A stretch of 33,691 nucleotides of DNA from an uncultured Planctomycetales bacterium. Its GTDB lineage: Bacteria > Omnitrophota > Gorgyraeia > Gygaellales > Profunditerraquicolaceae. Below, in pieces: positions 6,827 through 16,678 of the stretch. The stretch's first letter is position 1, and every line of letters begins with the position of its first letter. The position numbers and the translations under genes were made by a program. Where the stretch lies: positions 1 to 33,691 of the forward strand of contig CAYHRM010000002.1 in the NCBI GenBank assembly GCA_964359035.1, read 5' to 3'. The notes under the pieces are model-generated. The model saw nothing but the letters and a program-made list of their open reading frames with translations. It was not told the origin of the DNA and did no database searches.

Positions 6827-8947
6827 TTGAGTAATTTCATGATGATTATAAGAATTTTAAATCAAAAGTATAAAATATTTGTCTTGAGCCTTATTTTTTT
6901 ATTAGGCACGCTTATTTACTCTAATACTTTTTATAGCCCTTTTCATTTTGATGATATTCATTTTATAGCTAATAATTTCTTAATCAGGGATATTAGTAAT
7001 TTAAGGGGTATCTGGAATTTTTTCCCCGGCCGTTTTATTGTTTTTATTACCCTTGCTTTAAATTATCATTTCCATCAGCTCAATGTATTTGGGTATCATC
7101 TATTTAACTTGGCCATCCATTTAGGTTCGGCAATTTTAGTCTGGTGGCTGGGTATGCTTATTTTCTCTACGCCGGTAATGGAGAAGGATGGGCTTTTTAA
7201 AAATTCTAAATGGGTGGCTTTATTTGCAGCCTTGATATTTTTAGTGCATCCTTTGCAAACAGAGTCTGTCACTTATATATGGCAACGCTGCACTTCTTTG
7301 GGTGGATTTTTTTATCTTTTTTCAATTTGTTTATATATTAAGTCGAGGTTATTGTGGAGACAAAACTCTCTTTTTTCTAAACGGATAATTGTTTATGCTT
7401 TATCTTTGATTTTTGCTGCGATGAGCATGTTTACTAAGGAAAATTCCATCACTTTGCCGGCGATGATTATTTTATCTGAGTTTTGTTTTTTTAAACCGGT
7501 AAAATTTAGTAGTTGGAAATACGCAATGCCATTTTTATTTCTATTGCCTATTATACCTATAATATTATCTTTTCCTCAGCCGCAGTCATTTAATACAGGA
7601 GGGCACTATTTATTAACGCAATTTAGAGTTGTGGTCACTTATATTAGGCTTCTTTTTATACCGTTAAATCAAAATTTAGATTATGATTACCCGGTGGTTA
7701 ATAGTTTAATTAATTTGCCCGCATTAATTAGTTTTGTATTTTTAGTTGTGATTATCGTTAGCGCAATTCGGGTGTTTTATAAATATAGATTAGTTTCATT
7801 TGGAATTTTATGGTTTTTTTTAACCCTATCGCCTGACTCAAGTTTTGTGCCGCTGGATGATGTAATTTTTGAACACCGGCTTTATCTGCCTATTGTGGGA
7901 TCTAGTTTTGCTGTAGTTAGTTTTATATATTATTTTTTTAAGCATAAAACTCTCAAGTTGATGGTTGTTGCGCTGCTTGTTATAATTTCTTGTTATGCGA
8001 TGCTTACTTATAGAAGAAATTTTATTTGGAAAGATAAGATTACTTTGTTGAATGATGTAATCCGTAAGTCGCCTATGAAAGCGAGGTCTTATAATAATCG
8101 CGGGAATGCTTATAAGGAGCAAGGTAACATTCAGCAGGCCATCTCTGATTATACCAAAGGGATCGCCATTAATCCTCGTGATGCAGAGATTTATTCTAAT
8201 CGCGGTAGTGCCTATAAGGATCAAGGTAATATTCAGCAGGCCTTATCTGATTACAATAAGGCGATTGAAATCAACCCGCATTTTTTCGTAGCTTACGATA
8301 ATCGCGGGATTACCTATTATCAGCAAGGCAATTTTATTCAGGCTATTTCTAATTATAATAAAGCTATTGCTATCAACTCCGATTATGCAGGGGCATATTA
8401 CAATCGTGGTACTGCTTATGTTAAACAGGGTAATTTTGTTCAGGCCATTTCTGATTATACTAAGGCTATTGCTATTAATTCTAGATATGCAGAGGCTTAT
8501 AATAATCGCGGGAGTGCCTATAAGGATCAAGGTAATATTCAGCAGGCCTTATCTGATTACAATAAGGCGATTGAAATCAACCCGCATTTTTTCGTAGCTT
8601 ACGATAATCGCGGGATTACCTATTATCAGCAAGGCAATTTTATTCAGGCTATTTCTAATTATAATAAAGCTATTGCTATCAACTCCGATTATGCAGGGGC
8701 ATATTACAATCGTGGTACTGCTTATGTTAAACAGGGTAATTTTGTTCAGGCCATTTCTGATTATACTAAGGCTATTGCTATTAATTCTAGATACGCAGAG
8801 GCTTACAATAACCGCGGGGGTGCTTATTATGTGATAAAGGAATATGATCAGGCCTGGGTAGATGTGCATAAAGCAGAAGGATTAGGATATCTGGTTCATC
8901 CTGGATTCCTTGCAGCACTCAAGAAAGCCTCAGCTAGAGAAAAATAG
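6827..8947 (+). CDS. GT-C-fold (TMTC/PMT-like) membrane glycosyltransferase with C-terminal TPR repeats, paralog 2
   Basis: Same architecture and motifs as 4949-6817 (FHFDD, FEHRLYLP) with a longer TPR array. Start is TTG at 6827 or ATG at 6839. Confidence 0.75.
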   Translation: MSNFMMIIRILNQKYKIFVLSLIFLLGTLIYSNTFYSPFHFDDIHFIANNFLIRDISNLRGIWNFFPGRFIVFITLALNYHFHQLNVFGYHLFNLAIHLGSAILVWWLGMLIFSTPVMEKDGLFKNSKWVALFAALIFLVHPLQTESVTYIWQRCTSLGGFFYLFSICLYIKSRLLWRQNSLFSKRIIVYALSLIFAAMSMFTKENSITLPAMIILSEFCFFKPVKFSSWKYAMPFLFLLPIIPIILSFPQPQSFNTGGHYLLTQFRVVVTYIRLLFIPLNQNLDYDYPVVNSLINLPALISFVFLVVIIVSAIRVFYKYRLVSFGILWFFLTLSPDSSFVPLDDVIFEHRLYLPIVGSSFAVVSFIYYFFKHKTLKLMVVALLVIISCYAMLTYRRNFIWKDKITLLNDVIRKSPMKARSYNNRGNAYKEQGNIQQAISDYTKGIAINPRDAEIYSNRGSAYKDQGNIQQALSDYNKAIEINPHFFVAYDNRGITYYQQGNFIQAISNYNKAIAINSDYAGAYYNRGTAYVKQGNFVQAISDYTKAIAINSRYAEAYNNRGSAYKDQGNIQQALSDYNKAIEINPHFFVAYDNRGITYYQQGNFIQAISNYNKAIAINSDYAGAYYNRGTAYVKQGNFVQAISDYTKAIAINSRYAEAYNNRGGAYYVIKEYDQAWVDVHKAEGLGYLVHPGFLAALKKASAREK
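8207..8818 (+). repeat. Tandem duplication, 2 x 306 bp (three TPR units each), inside the CDS
   Basis: 8207-8512 and 8513-8818 look identical by eye except at three positions (8488/8794, 8500/8806, 8506/8812). All three differences are synonymous (Tyr, Tyr, Asn). Confidence 0.9.
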
Positions 8948-8979
8948 GCTTGGTTATCTTTGTTGCTGTTCATTCGGAG

Positions 8980-9008
8980 TTGACTTACTTATGCTATAGC
9001 GGTATCTT
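8980..9008 (+). promoter_or_regulatory. Candidate promoter TTGACT-N17-TATCTT
   Basis: Hexamers at 8980-8985 and 9003-9008 with a 17-nt spacer, upstream of the ORF at 9032. Confidence 0.3.
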
Positions 9009-9031
9009 ATAGATAAAGTAAACTAATTGTC

Positions 9032-9541
9032 GTGTCCTTAAAAATTAAAGTAAATAGAATGAGCAAAACTGGTATTGTGGTTAAGAAAAAGATATCTAAG
9101 GAGATAATTATTTTGAGTATGGCCGTTATCTTATATTCATTCCAGGGTATGCCCACCATTGATTTTGATTCCTATGCGATTAAGTTTTATCCTTTACCGG
9201 AAAAGTTAATTTTGCTGAGGCATGTTTTCTCGATAGCTTTAAGAATATTTATATTTATTACAGGTTTGGGTATTTTATTGCGTAAAGATATTTTTCGAAA
9301 AAGCGTATTATTTGTCAGCTTATTTACTATTTGTACCGTTTATTGGAAACATCCGTTTCTTTGTTTTAAAAATAGCTTAATGTTTAATATCAGGCAAGGA
9401 GTACTTTCGGTTGATTTGATGCCTAAAATTGATTTTTTGGCCTGGATTTGTGTTGTAACCTGTTATTTAATGGATATTATTATATCTATTTTCTTAATAT
9501 ATTTATTTACGCGCCCTAAAATAAAGGAGCAGTTTAAGTGA
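9032..9541 (+). CDS. Hypothetical small polytopic membrane protein
   Basis: 169-aa ORF with about 4 hydrophobic segments and no recognisable motif. Start is GTG at 9032 or ATG at 9059. Confidence 0.45.
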   Translation: MSLKIKVNRMSKTGIVVKKKISKEIIILSMAVILYSFQGMPTIDFDSYAIKFYPLPEKLILLRHVFSIALRIFIFITGLGILLRKDIFRKSVLFVSLFTICTVYWKHPFLCFKNSLMFNIRQGVLSVDLMPKIDFLAWICVVTCYLMDIIISIFLIYLFTRPKIKEQFK

Positions 9542-9566
9542 TTTTTGGTAGCTACCGATTATTAAA

Positions 9567-11387
9567 ATGAAGATAAAAAACAGGGATTGGTTTATTTTTA
9601 TTCTTTTGGCGGCTTTGTGTTTTGGGTTTTGGTTTAAGCTGGAGTACCCCCGCTTTGCTTTTGTAAATTTAACAGTTAATAAACAAAGCGCATTAACAGT
9701 ATCGGATAAATATCTTAAGGCTAGAGGGGTCGATACAAAAAAATATGTTAAGTCTATAACTTTCGGCTCAGACGCTGGTTTTAACCGGTATTTTCAGCAT
9801 GCTGCTGGTTTAAAAGCAGAAGAAGTGTTTATTGTACAACACGATTATGATTTATTTTATTGGCGGGTTAGATTATTTAAGGAGCTTCAGAAAGAAGAAT
9901 TTTTAGTTTATATCAGCCCCCGTTCAGGAAGGGTGATCAAATTCACGCATTTAATTGAAGATTTGGAACCTAGGGTGGATTTAGGTAAAGATATTGCCAA
10001 GCAAAAGGCGGCCTCATTCTTGGAGAGTAATTTTGGTATAGACTTAGAAAAGTATGATTTTCATGAGGAGAAAGTAAAGCGTTATGAAAAAAGGATAGAA
10101 TATATTTTCTCTTGGGAGAAGAAAAATATCTATATACCCTGGAAGGAAGGCCAGTGTGGAGCAAAATTGTTGACAGAGGTTACGGTATCCGGAGATGAGG
10201 TTAGGGAGTTTTATAAAAATAAATTGGAGTTGCCGGAAAAATTTATTAGGTATGCCCAGAATCAGTTTATTTTAGGGGAGTATTTTTACGGTATTTTTTT
10301 TCTTATCTTCCTTGGGCTGTTGGGGTGGTCGGTGAGTATAGTTTTAAAAAGAAAAAATGATCTGAGCACGCGGTTGGCCAAGAAGTGGTTTTATTATGTA
10401 TCTGGGTTTTTGATAATAGTTAATATAGCGGATATTTTTAATAATTTACAGAGTGTTTTTATGTTTTATCAAACTAGTGCGAGTTTGAGTTCTTTTTTTG
10501 GTTTGGTTATTACAAAATGGATATTTAGTATAGGTTTTTTGGCGCTTGGTTTTATCATGCCGGGCTTGGCTGGAGAATCTTTGCGTAGTGAAGTGTTCCC
10601 GAAAGATAAATTTAGCTCTTTTTTATATTATATTAAATCCAGTTTTTTTAACCGCGGTTTGACGCGAGCGGTTTTATTGGGTTATTTAGTTTGGGTGATA
10701 ATGCTGGGGTTACAGGCGGTTATATTTTATAATGGCCAAAAGTTTTTAGGGGTTTGGAGAGAATTTAATTCTTTAACTGATTTTTCTTCAGCTTATATAC
10801 CTCTGCTTAGTGCTTTTGTTATTGGGGTTACCGCGAGCCTTAGCGAAGAGATTACTTTTAGGCTTTTTGGAATAAGTTTAGCGAAGAAGTATTTACGAAA
10901 TTCAATTTTAGCGATTATTGTTATCTCTGTAATCTGGGGTATGGGGCATACACTATATGCTATATTCCCGGTTTGGTTTCGTATTATTGAGGTTAGCTTA
11001 CTGGGGATATTTTATGGGTTCATTTTCATGCGCTTTGGGCTCATTCCTTTAATTGTGGCGCATTATTTGTTTGATGTATTTTGGTGCAGCGCGGCTTATG
11101 TTTTAGGGCATACCACCTGGTATCTATTCTGTAATGCTATAGGATTATTGTGTATACCGTTAATTTTGGCTATAATTGCGTATTTTTTAAATGCTGGCGA
11201 GCAGGAGAAACAAATTAGTGAGTCTTTGGATAAAATACAGGAATATAATTTGGAGGTTCTGGTTAGTTTTATCTCTGCTAAGAAGTTTCAGGGAGATTCT
11301 GCTGATAACATAAAAGCAGAGCTGATTAATCATAATTGGGACCATTTATTGGTGGATTTAGCAATGGAAAGGGAATTTCATAAGTAG
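9567..11387 (+). CDS. CPBP-family (CAAX/Abi-type) intramembrane glutamic protease with a large N-terminal extracytoplasmic domain
   Basis: N-terminal TM segment, then a ~220-aa soluble domain, then a multi-TM region. CPBP motifs SEEITFRLFG (EExxxR), GMGHTLY and VAHYLFDVF. Confidence 0.75.
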   Translation: MKIKNRDWFIFILLAALCFGFWFKLEYPRFAFVNLTVNKQSALTVSDKYLKARGVDTKKYVKSITFGSDAGFNRYFQHAAGLKAEEVFIVQHDYDLFYWRVRLFKELQKEEFLVYISPRSGRVIKFTHLIEDLEPRVDLGKDIAKQKAASFLESNFGIDLEKYDFHEEKVKRYEKRIEYIFSWEKKNIYIPWKEGQCGAKLLTEVTVSGDEVREFYKNKLELPEKFIRYAQNQFILGEYFYGIFFLIFLGLLGWSVSIVLKRKNDLSTRLAKKWFYYVSGFLIIVNIADIFNNLQSVFMFYQTSASLSSFFGLVITKWIFSIGFLALGFIMPGLAGESLRSEVFPKDKFSSFLYYIKSSFFNRGLTRAVLLGYLVWVIMLGLQAVIFYNGQKFLGVWREFNSLTDFSSAYIPLLSAFVIGVTASLSEEITFRLFGISLAKKYLRNSILAIIVISVIWGMGHTLYAIFPVWFRIIEVSLLGIFYGFIFMRFGLIPLIVAHYLFDVFWCSAAYVLGHTTWYLFCNAIGLLCIPLILAIIAYFLNAGEQEKQISESLDKIQEYNLEVLVSFISAKKFQGDSADNIKAELINHNWDHLLVDLAMEREFHK

Positions 11388-11547
11388 GCCGTGATTGTAT
11401 TTTTGTAAGTTTTCATTGTGGATTGACAGTCGAATAGTTATACTACTAAGATATTGTAGTAACCAGCTTTAGCGGGGCAGAATGATTTGATGGTTTTAGA
11501 GAAGTTAGTAGTTTTTTTAAGGTTAATATAAATAAAAGGACTAAAGC

Positions 11548-12537
11548 ATGAAAAAGTTTAATAGTAATGATTATAAGGTGGTTATTTCAGAATTAGGATT
11601 TGACCCTTTCAGAATATTGAATTCTGTTTTTGTGTTAATTGGGGTAATTCCTTTGTTGGTTTTATTCTATCTCATAATTAGAGGTAATCTTTTACATAAG
11701 TTTTTCTTGGGGGATAATGGTTTTGTTGTGGCTATGGCTATAGTTATCTCACTTTTAGGGTTTTTATATGCGTATATTTTGATCAAGAATTTGCTGATGA
11801 AATTGTTGAAATATGCTCAAGAACGTAAACTCGCGGATAAAGAAAAAACGGAGATTATGTTAGCAGTTACTCATGACTTAAAGAATCCTTTGACGACAAT
11901 ACAAATTTTTATGAATAACTTGAATGCGGGGGTGGGTGGCCAATTAAGCAACTCTCATTCTGGTATAGTGAAGATTTGCTTGCTTAATGTTGAGAGGCTT
12001 TTTAAATTTATAGAGGAAATATTAAATTCTTCTAAAAATGATTTTTTAAGTTTATTTGTTAAGCGTGAATTTATCGATTTTGATCATATAATTAAGAATG
12101 AAGTGGATAATTTTATGCAGCAGGCTAAAAAAGCTAACTTGGATTTGCGGTATCGAGTTTCTTCGGGTAATACAAATTTATGGGGCGATAAAGATAAATT
12201 ATCTAGGGTGGTGATGAATCTTATTTCTAATGCCATAAAATATACTCCTGCCGGTGGCCTGGTCGATGTCTCGCTTTCTTTAGATCAAAATACGGCTATA
12301 TTTTGCGTTATAAATACCGGCCCGGGTATCACTACTGATGAAATGGAGAGATTATTTAAAAAATTCGCTCGATTGGATAAGCATGCCGAGATTGAAGGCA
12401 CTGGATTAGGCCTTTCTATCGCTAAGGATATTGTTGATTTGCATAATGGCCATATCAGTGTGAAGAGTGAACTTGGTAAAAATACAGAGTTTAAGGTAGT
12501 CTTGCCTAGTGATTTGCGTGGGAAAATCCTTAGATAA
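11548..12537 (+). CDS. Sensor histidine kinase (two TM segments, HisKA plus HATPase_c); no cognate response regulator in the window
   Basis: H-box AVTHDLKNPLTT, N-box NLISNAIKYTPAGG, G1 NTGPGI, G2 GTGLGLSIAKDIV. Confidence 0.9.
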   Translation: MKKFNSNDYKVVISELGFDPFRILNSVFVLIGVIPLLVLFYLIIRGNLLHKFFLGDNGFVVAMAIVISLLGFLYAYILIKNLLMKLLKYAQERKLADKEKTEIMLAVTHDLKNPLTTIQIFMNNLNAGVGGQLSNSHSGIVKICLLNVERLFKFIEEILNSSKNDFLSLFVKREFIDFDHIIKNEVDNFMQQAKKANLDLRYRVSSGNTNLWGDKDKLSRVVMNLISNAIKYTPAGGLVDVSLSLDQNTAIFCVINTGPGITTDEMERLFKKFARLDKHAEIEGTGLGLSIAKDIVDLHNGHISVKSELGKNTEFKVVLPSDLRGKILR

Positions 12538-12656
12538 ATTTAAGATAAAAATATTAATCTGTACTAATTTATTATAAGTAATGTGATTTTATGTGTGAAC
12601 TGTATTTTATTTCGCAGTTTTGATAACGGGGTTTTGTTGTAAAGGGGAAAGTAGGG

Positions 12657-13793
12657 ATGAATTTACCGATATTAGCTTTTAAAAATCTTTGGTATAGGAA
12701 AATGCGTACCAGCCTGACAGTATTAGGCGTGGGTACGAGTATTGCTGTTTTTGTTGCTTTAGTTGGCCTGGCAGGGATTTTTAAAGATGCATTTCAGCAG
12801 ATGTATAAGTCACGTCAAACCGATCTGGTCGTACGGGAAAAAGGAAACTTTGATTTTTTATCTAGCGGGATTGATGAGAATTATGCGGATAAGATTATGC
12901 AGATACCGGAAGTTTTAAGTATAAGTAAAATATTAATTGATTTTTCTTCAGCCGGGTCAAAAGATTATTTTTTAGTATTAGGTTGGGATCAAAACTCGAG
13001 TTTATTTTCAAAGCTAAAAATCCAAGGCAATCGTCCAGAGAGCGATGATGAGGCATTAGTTGGAGTGAATATCTCTAAGAAATTTAATAAGAAGATTAAA
13101 GATAAAATAGAGGTAAAAGGTTCTTTGCTGACGGTTGTCGGTACTTTTGAAAGTAAGAGCATGTTTGAGGAGGGCAGTGTTATTATTACGCTGGCGAAGC
13201 TTCAGAAAATTAAAAAAGTTCCCGGTAAGGTTACTTTATTTAATCTGGTGGTTAAGAAAGGTATGTTTTCAGGCGGCCAGCCGGTAAATGATAAGGACCA
13301 GGTTGAGCGCATTCGATCTTTAATTGCTCAACTGCTACCGGATACGGAAGTTAGGAGCGTAGAAGATATTGTCTCGGCGGATAATACAATGACTTCTTTT
13401 TTGAATTTTGCTTGGGCAGTATCTATCGTTGCATTTATTGCGGCCATTTTAGGGATAATTAATACAATGGTTACTTCGGTATTGGAGCAGACCAGTAAGA
13501 TTGGGATTTTGTTGGCGATTGGCTGGAGAAAGTCAAAGATTCTTTGCCTTGTTCTTTATGAATCTATATTCTTAGGCATGTTGGGAGGTGTTTTTGGTTT
13601 AATTTTAGGATATGGAATCATGAATCTCTTGGTGCATTCACCGCAATTGGAGAATATTGGCAGAGTTGATTATAATTTTATTTTTATGATTAAAGTAATT
13701 GTGGTTTCCTTAGGAGTGGGGTTTTTGTCGGGAATCTATCCAGCGATCAGGGCAATCTCGATAAAACCTATTGAGGCGCTGCGTTATGAATAA
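12657..13793 (+). CDS. ABC transporter permease, MacB/LolC/FtsX type
   Basis: N-terminal TM (LAFKNLWYRKMRTSLTVLGVGTSIAVFV), a ~220-aa periplasmic domain, and three C-terminal TM segments ending YPAIRAISIKPIEALRYE, which is typical of the FtsX-like domain. Confidence 0.85.
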   Translation: MNLPILAFKNLWYRKMRTSLTVLGVGTSIAVFVALVGLAGIFKDAFQQMYKSRQTDLVVREKGNFDFLSSGIDENYADKIMQIPEVLSISKILIDFSSAGSKDYFLVLGWDQNSSLFSKLKIQGNRPESDDEALVGVNISKKFNKKIKDKIEVKGSLLTVVGTFESKSMFEEGSVIITLAKLQKIKKVPGKVTLFNLVVKKGMFSGGQPVNDKDQVERIRSLIAQLLPDTEVRSVEDIVSADNTMTSFLNFAWAVSIVAFIAAILGIINTMVTSVLEQTSKIGILLAIGWRKSKILCLVLYESIFLGMLGGVFGLILGYGIMNLLVHSPQLENIGRVDYNFIFMIKVIVVSLGVGFLSGIYPAIRAISIKPIEALRYE

Positions 13794-14451
13794 AGAATTT
13801 TTAATCGAAACGGTTAATCTTTCAAGATATTATAAGGACGGCAAAGTCTTAGCGTTAGATAATGTCAACTTGAAGATTACTATAGGCGAGTTTTTGGCGA
13901 TTAAGGGATCTAGCGGAAGTGGAAAGTCGACCTTATTGCATTTAATCGGGGGGCTAGATCTGCCTACTACTGGAGAAATTTATTTCCAAGGCCAAACGGT
14001 TAGGGAGGTTTATAGAAAAAGAGGGTTTAGGCTTAACCATTTAGGATTTGTATTTCAAGCCTTTTATTTATGGCCGGTACTTAATGTTTTGGAAAATGTT
14101 TTATTGCCCTTAATGGAGTCTGGTTTAGGTAAGCAAAAAAAGCTTCAAAAAGCAAAAGAAATTATTAATTTAGTGGGAATGAATGATAAAATTCTCTCTT
14201 CTGTAAATAACCTTTCTATTGGACAGAGGCAAAGGGTAGCTATTGCCAGAGCTTTGGTCATGGATCCTAAACTGATATTGGCGGATGAACCGACTGGAAA
14301 TTTAGATTCAAAGAATACAGAAAATATTTTGACTCTTTTTAAAACATTGAATAAACGAAAAAATGTGACAGTGGTGATGGTTACGCATGAAGATAAGGCT
14401 TTGGTTTTTTGTGACCGTTGGATACAGTTATCCGATGGTAGAGTTCAATAA
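13786..14451 (+). CDS. ABC transporter ATP-binding protein (MacB/LolD-like)
   Basis: Walker A GSSGSGKST, signature LSIGQRQRVAIARAL, Walker B LILADEPTGNLD. The ATG at 13786 overlaps the permease stop. The ORF track starts at an upstream TTG (13771). Confidence 0.93.
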   Translation: MNKEFLIETVNLSRYYKDGKVLALDNVNLKITIGEFLAIKGSSGSGKSTLLHLIGGLDLPTTGEIYFQGQTVREVYRKRGFRLNHLGFVFQAFYLWPVLNVLENVLLPLMESGLGKQKKLQKAKEIINLVGMNDKILSSVNNLSIGQRQRVAIARALVMDPKLILADEPTGNLDSKNTENILTLFKTLNKRKNVTVVMVTHEDKALVFCDRWIQLSDGRVQ

Positions 14452-14489
14452 GCAAATAATTTAAGGCTATTCTTTAGATAGAAGAGCAA

Positions 14490-15440
14490 ATGCCAAATTT
14501 AAAAGTAATGTTTCAGGTGGCTTTATTATATTTATCTCTGAGTAAGCAAGGAAAGCGTTTTTTAAAAAAAGTTGTTAGAGAGTCCCGCCGGGTAGATAAA
14601 ACATTAGGTAGTGCCATTGTATTAGACCTGCATAAAATTCTATATTTTATTAAGACGCTTAAGGTTTGCGATAAAGTATTTAGTGCTCAGGTATCAGATC
14701 AGTTGTGTTCTGACCTTGGGCGGGAAAAATCTGCGATGTATGCCAGATTTGTATCGTATGGGTGGTTTAGCCTGCTAATCTGGGGTAAGATGCTTGATGC
14801 ATTTAATCTGGCCCATGATGATAGGGCAAAGGAGCGTTGTGTTCTGGTTGCTTTTACGCATCGAGAATGGAATGATCTTTTTGACAACCAGGGATATTCT
14901 TTTAGTGAGTTAGTTGCGGCTTTTGATTATCAGGTAGCGATACCTAAAGAGTTGATTTTTTTAAGGCAACTTAAACAGATGGAGCTTAAGCTTGCTCCTG
15001 CGGATCGCTTTGGTAAATATTATCAGCATTTGCAGGGATTTGATGTTTGCAGCCTTTTTGAATACACGCCGGAAAAAGCTCAGATAATTTTAGATCAGGT
15101 CGCTCCGTTTGTGGCGTTGCTCTTTATGTATATTATGGTTGAGGAAATACCCGAGGGATTAAAAGAGGCGGTTAAGCCAGTGGCGAGATGGTTATACATG
15201 TTGGATGAATTAGCGGATTTAGAGCATGATAAACAGATAAACCGCTTAACTTATATGATTATGGTTAAGAATCCTGAAGAGGTAATGTGGCAGCAATACC
15301 AGGAGTGCTGCAAGGCGTTATTGCATAACGCTCCCAACCCGGATAAATTAATTAAATTTATGGAGATAATTACATCTAGGGTCGTTGAGGCAAAAAAATG
15401 TGGAGCAAATATTGAGAATAGTTTATTTAATATTGGTTGA
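14490..15440 (+). CDS. Squalene/phytoene-synthase-like (class 1 isoprenoid enzyme fold) protein, paralog A, with a degenerate first Asp-rich motif
   Basis: 316 aa, all-helical in appearance. Motifs WNDLFDN (NDxxD) and LDELADLEHDKQINRLTY (DxxxD...R..Y). Paralogous to 17921-18877 (shared LYLSLS..GK+ N-terminus and RC(V/I)L(V/I)AF). The family assignment is from motif memory only. Confidence 0.5.
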   Translation: MPNLKVMFQVALLYLSLSKQGKRFLKKVVRESRRVDKTLGSAIVLDLHKILYFIKTLKVCDKVFSAQVSDQLCSDLGREKSAMYARFVSYGWFSLLIWGKMLDAFNLAHDDRAKERCVLVAFTHREWNDLFDNQGYSFSELVAAFDYQVAIPKELIFLRQLKQMELKLAPADRFGKYYQHLQGFDVCSLFEYTPEKAQIILDQVAPFVALLFMYIMVEEIPEGLKEAVKPVARWLYMLDELADLEHDKQINRLTYMIMVKNPEEVMWQQYQECCKALLHNAPNPDKLIKFMEIITSRVVEAKKCGANIENSLFNIG

Positions 15441-15469
15441 TCGGTTTAAAAATTGGAGTGTTGCTGTTG

Positions 15470-16678
15470 ATGAAAAATAAAAAGAAGAATAAATTGATTC
15501 CGGAATTATCTGAATTATTAAAAAAACAATTCCCGCAGGAATTGGCATTGAATAAGAGCGGGTTAAGGATGCTTGCCGATGATCATATAGCACAACAACA
15601 ATTTTTAGCCCAGATGGTTAAAATTATAGCGATGATTTCTAACTCATATTTTAGAGCTGGTTTTTTTCGCGCTTATCTTAGAATTTATGCGCAGCAGATT
15701 AATAAAGATGGCCGGCATGGATCGGTAATTATGGAGATTACTAAACATTGTAATCAGCAATGCCAACATTGTTATTCTCGGGCTCAGCGTAAGAAAAGTA
15801 TGAAGGTAAAAACAATTAATCAAATAGTGAAGTTAGTGCGGAATAGTTATAAGCATATTTTTATTACCGGTGGAGAGCCGACTTTGGATAAACGTGTTTT
15901 TACTATTGCTCAGGCCAATCCGGATATTATGTTTTTTATGTTTACTAATGGTGGAGCGATTGACCAGGCATATGCGGCTAAACTTTTAAAAGTAGGGAAT
16001 CTTATCCCAATTTTAAGTGTTGACGGAGTTTCGCAAAAACAGCACGATTATTTTAAAGGAAAAGGCAGCTGGCGGCGTTTGATGTGGGCAATTAAAGTAT
16101 TAAATGCCGCTGGGATACCCTGGGGCTATTTATCGATGGTTACAAACATCAATGCTCGCGAGGTTTTGAGTAAAAAATTTGTTAAAGCGATGAAACAAAA
16201 AGGCGCAATTCTTGCCAGGTATTTGGAATTTATCCCGGTGGGTCCGCAAGCTGCTCCGGAGTTGGTGCCTTCGGCAGAAACTTACTATCTGATGGAAAAA
16301 AGAAAGCAGCAGATAATCAAAAATAATGAAATATATATGCAGGAGACGGTGCAAAAGAAATGTTTAGGCCTGATATTCTTTGATGTTGATGGAAATATAA
16401 AATGCTGTCCATTTTTTCATTATTCTAAGCATAATGTTGCTCAAGGAAATATTGAAAGATTGATAAAAGATTCTACTGCAGATTGGTGTCGGGCTAAATA
16501 TCTTGGGGAATGTCCGGTTTATTCTGATGCGGAAGGATTTAAAGGGCATCTTTTAAGACAGTTTTGGAAGCCGACTAGTTCATTTAATCAGGAAAATTCA
16601 ATCACTGCGCAGTTAGCTAAAACGATGTCTAATAACTATCAGTCCTTTTTAAAAATTAAAGCTGCTCGAGGTCTCTAA
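15470..16678 (+). CDS. Radical SAM protein with a reduced C-terminal Cys-rich (twitch/SPASM-like) domain and a ~90-aa N-terminal extension
   Basis: CNQQCQHC (Cx3Cx2C), IFITGGEPTL, FTNGG, SVDG..QKQHDYFKGKGSW. C-terminal Cys pattern: C-x17-CC-x28-C-x8-C (KKCLGLIFFDVDGNIKCC ... WCRAKYLGECP). ATG at 15470 has GGAG 11 nt upstream. The ORF track starts at TTG 15437. Confidence 0.85.
   Translation: MKNKKKNKLIPELSELLKKQFPQELALNKSGLRMLADDHIAQQQFLAQMVKIIAMISNSYFRAGFFRAYLRIYAQQINKDGRHGSVIMEITKHCNQQCQHCYSRAQRKKSMKVKTINQIVKLVRNSYKHIFITGGEPTLDKRVFTIAQANPDIMFFMFTNGGAIDQAYAAKLLKVGNLIPILSVDGVSQKQHDYFKGKGSWRRLMWAIKVLNAAGIPWGYLSMVTNINAREVLSKKFVKAMKQKGAILARYLEFIPVGPQAAPELVPSAETYYLMEKRKQQIIKNNEIYMQETVQKKCLGLIFFDVDGNIKCCPFFHYSKHNVAQGNIERLIKDSTADWCRAKYLGECPVYSDAEGFKGHLLRQFWKPTSSFNQENSITAQLAKTMSNNYQSFLKIKAARGL

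Noticed and set aside
6245-8869. Long ORFs in other frames and on the minus strand inside the TPR regions (6245-6739 -, 6276-6707 +, 7838-8224 -, 8106-8291 +, 8243-8530 -, 8367-8597 +, 8549-8869 -)
   Set aside because: Their translations are Ile/Asn/Arg-rich low-complexity strings that simply mirror the periodic TPR codons of the + strand genes. The real frame has clear TPR and GT-C motifs.
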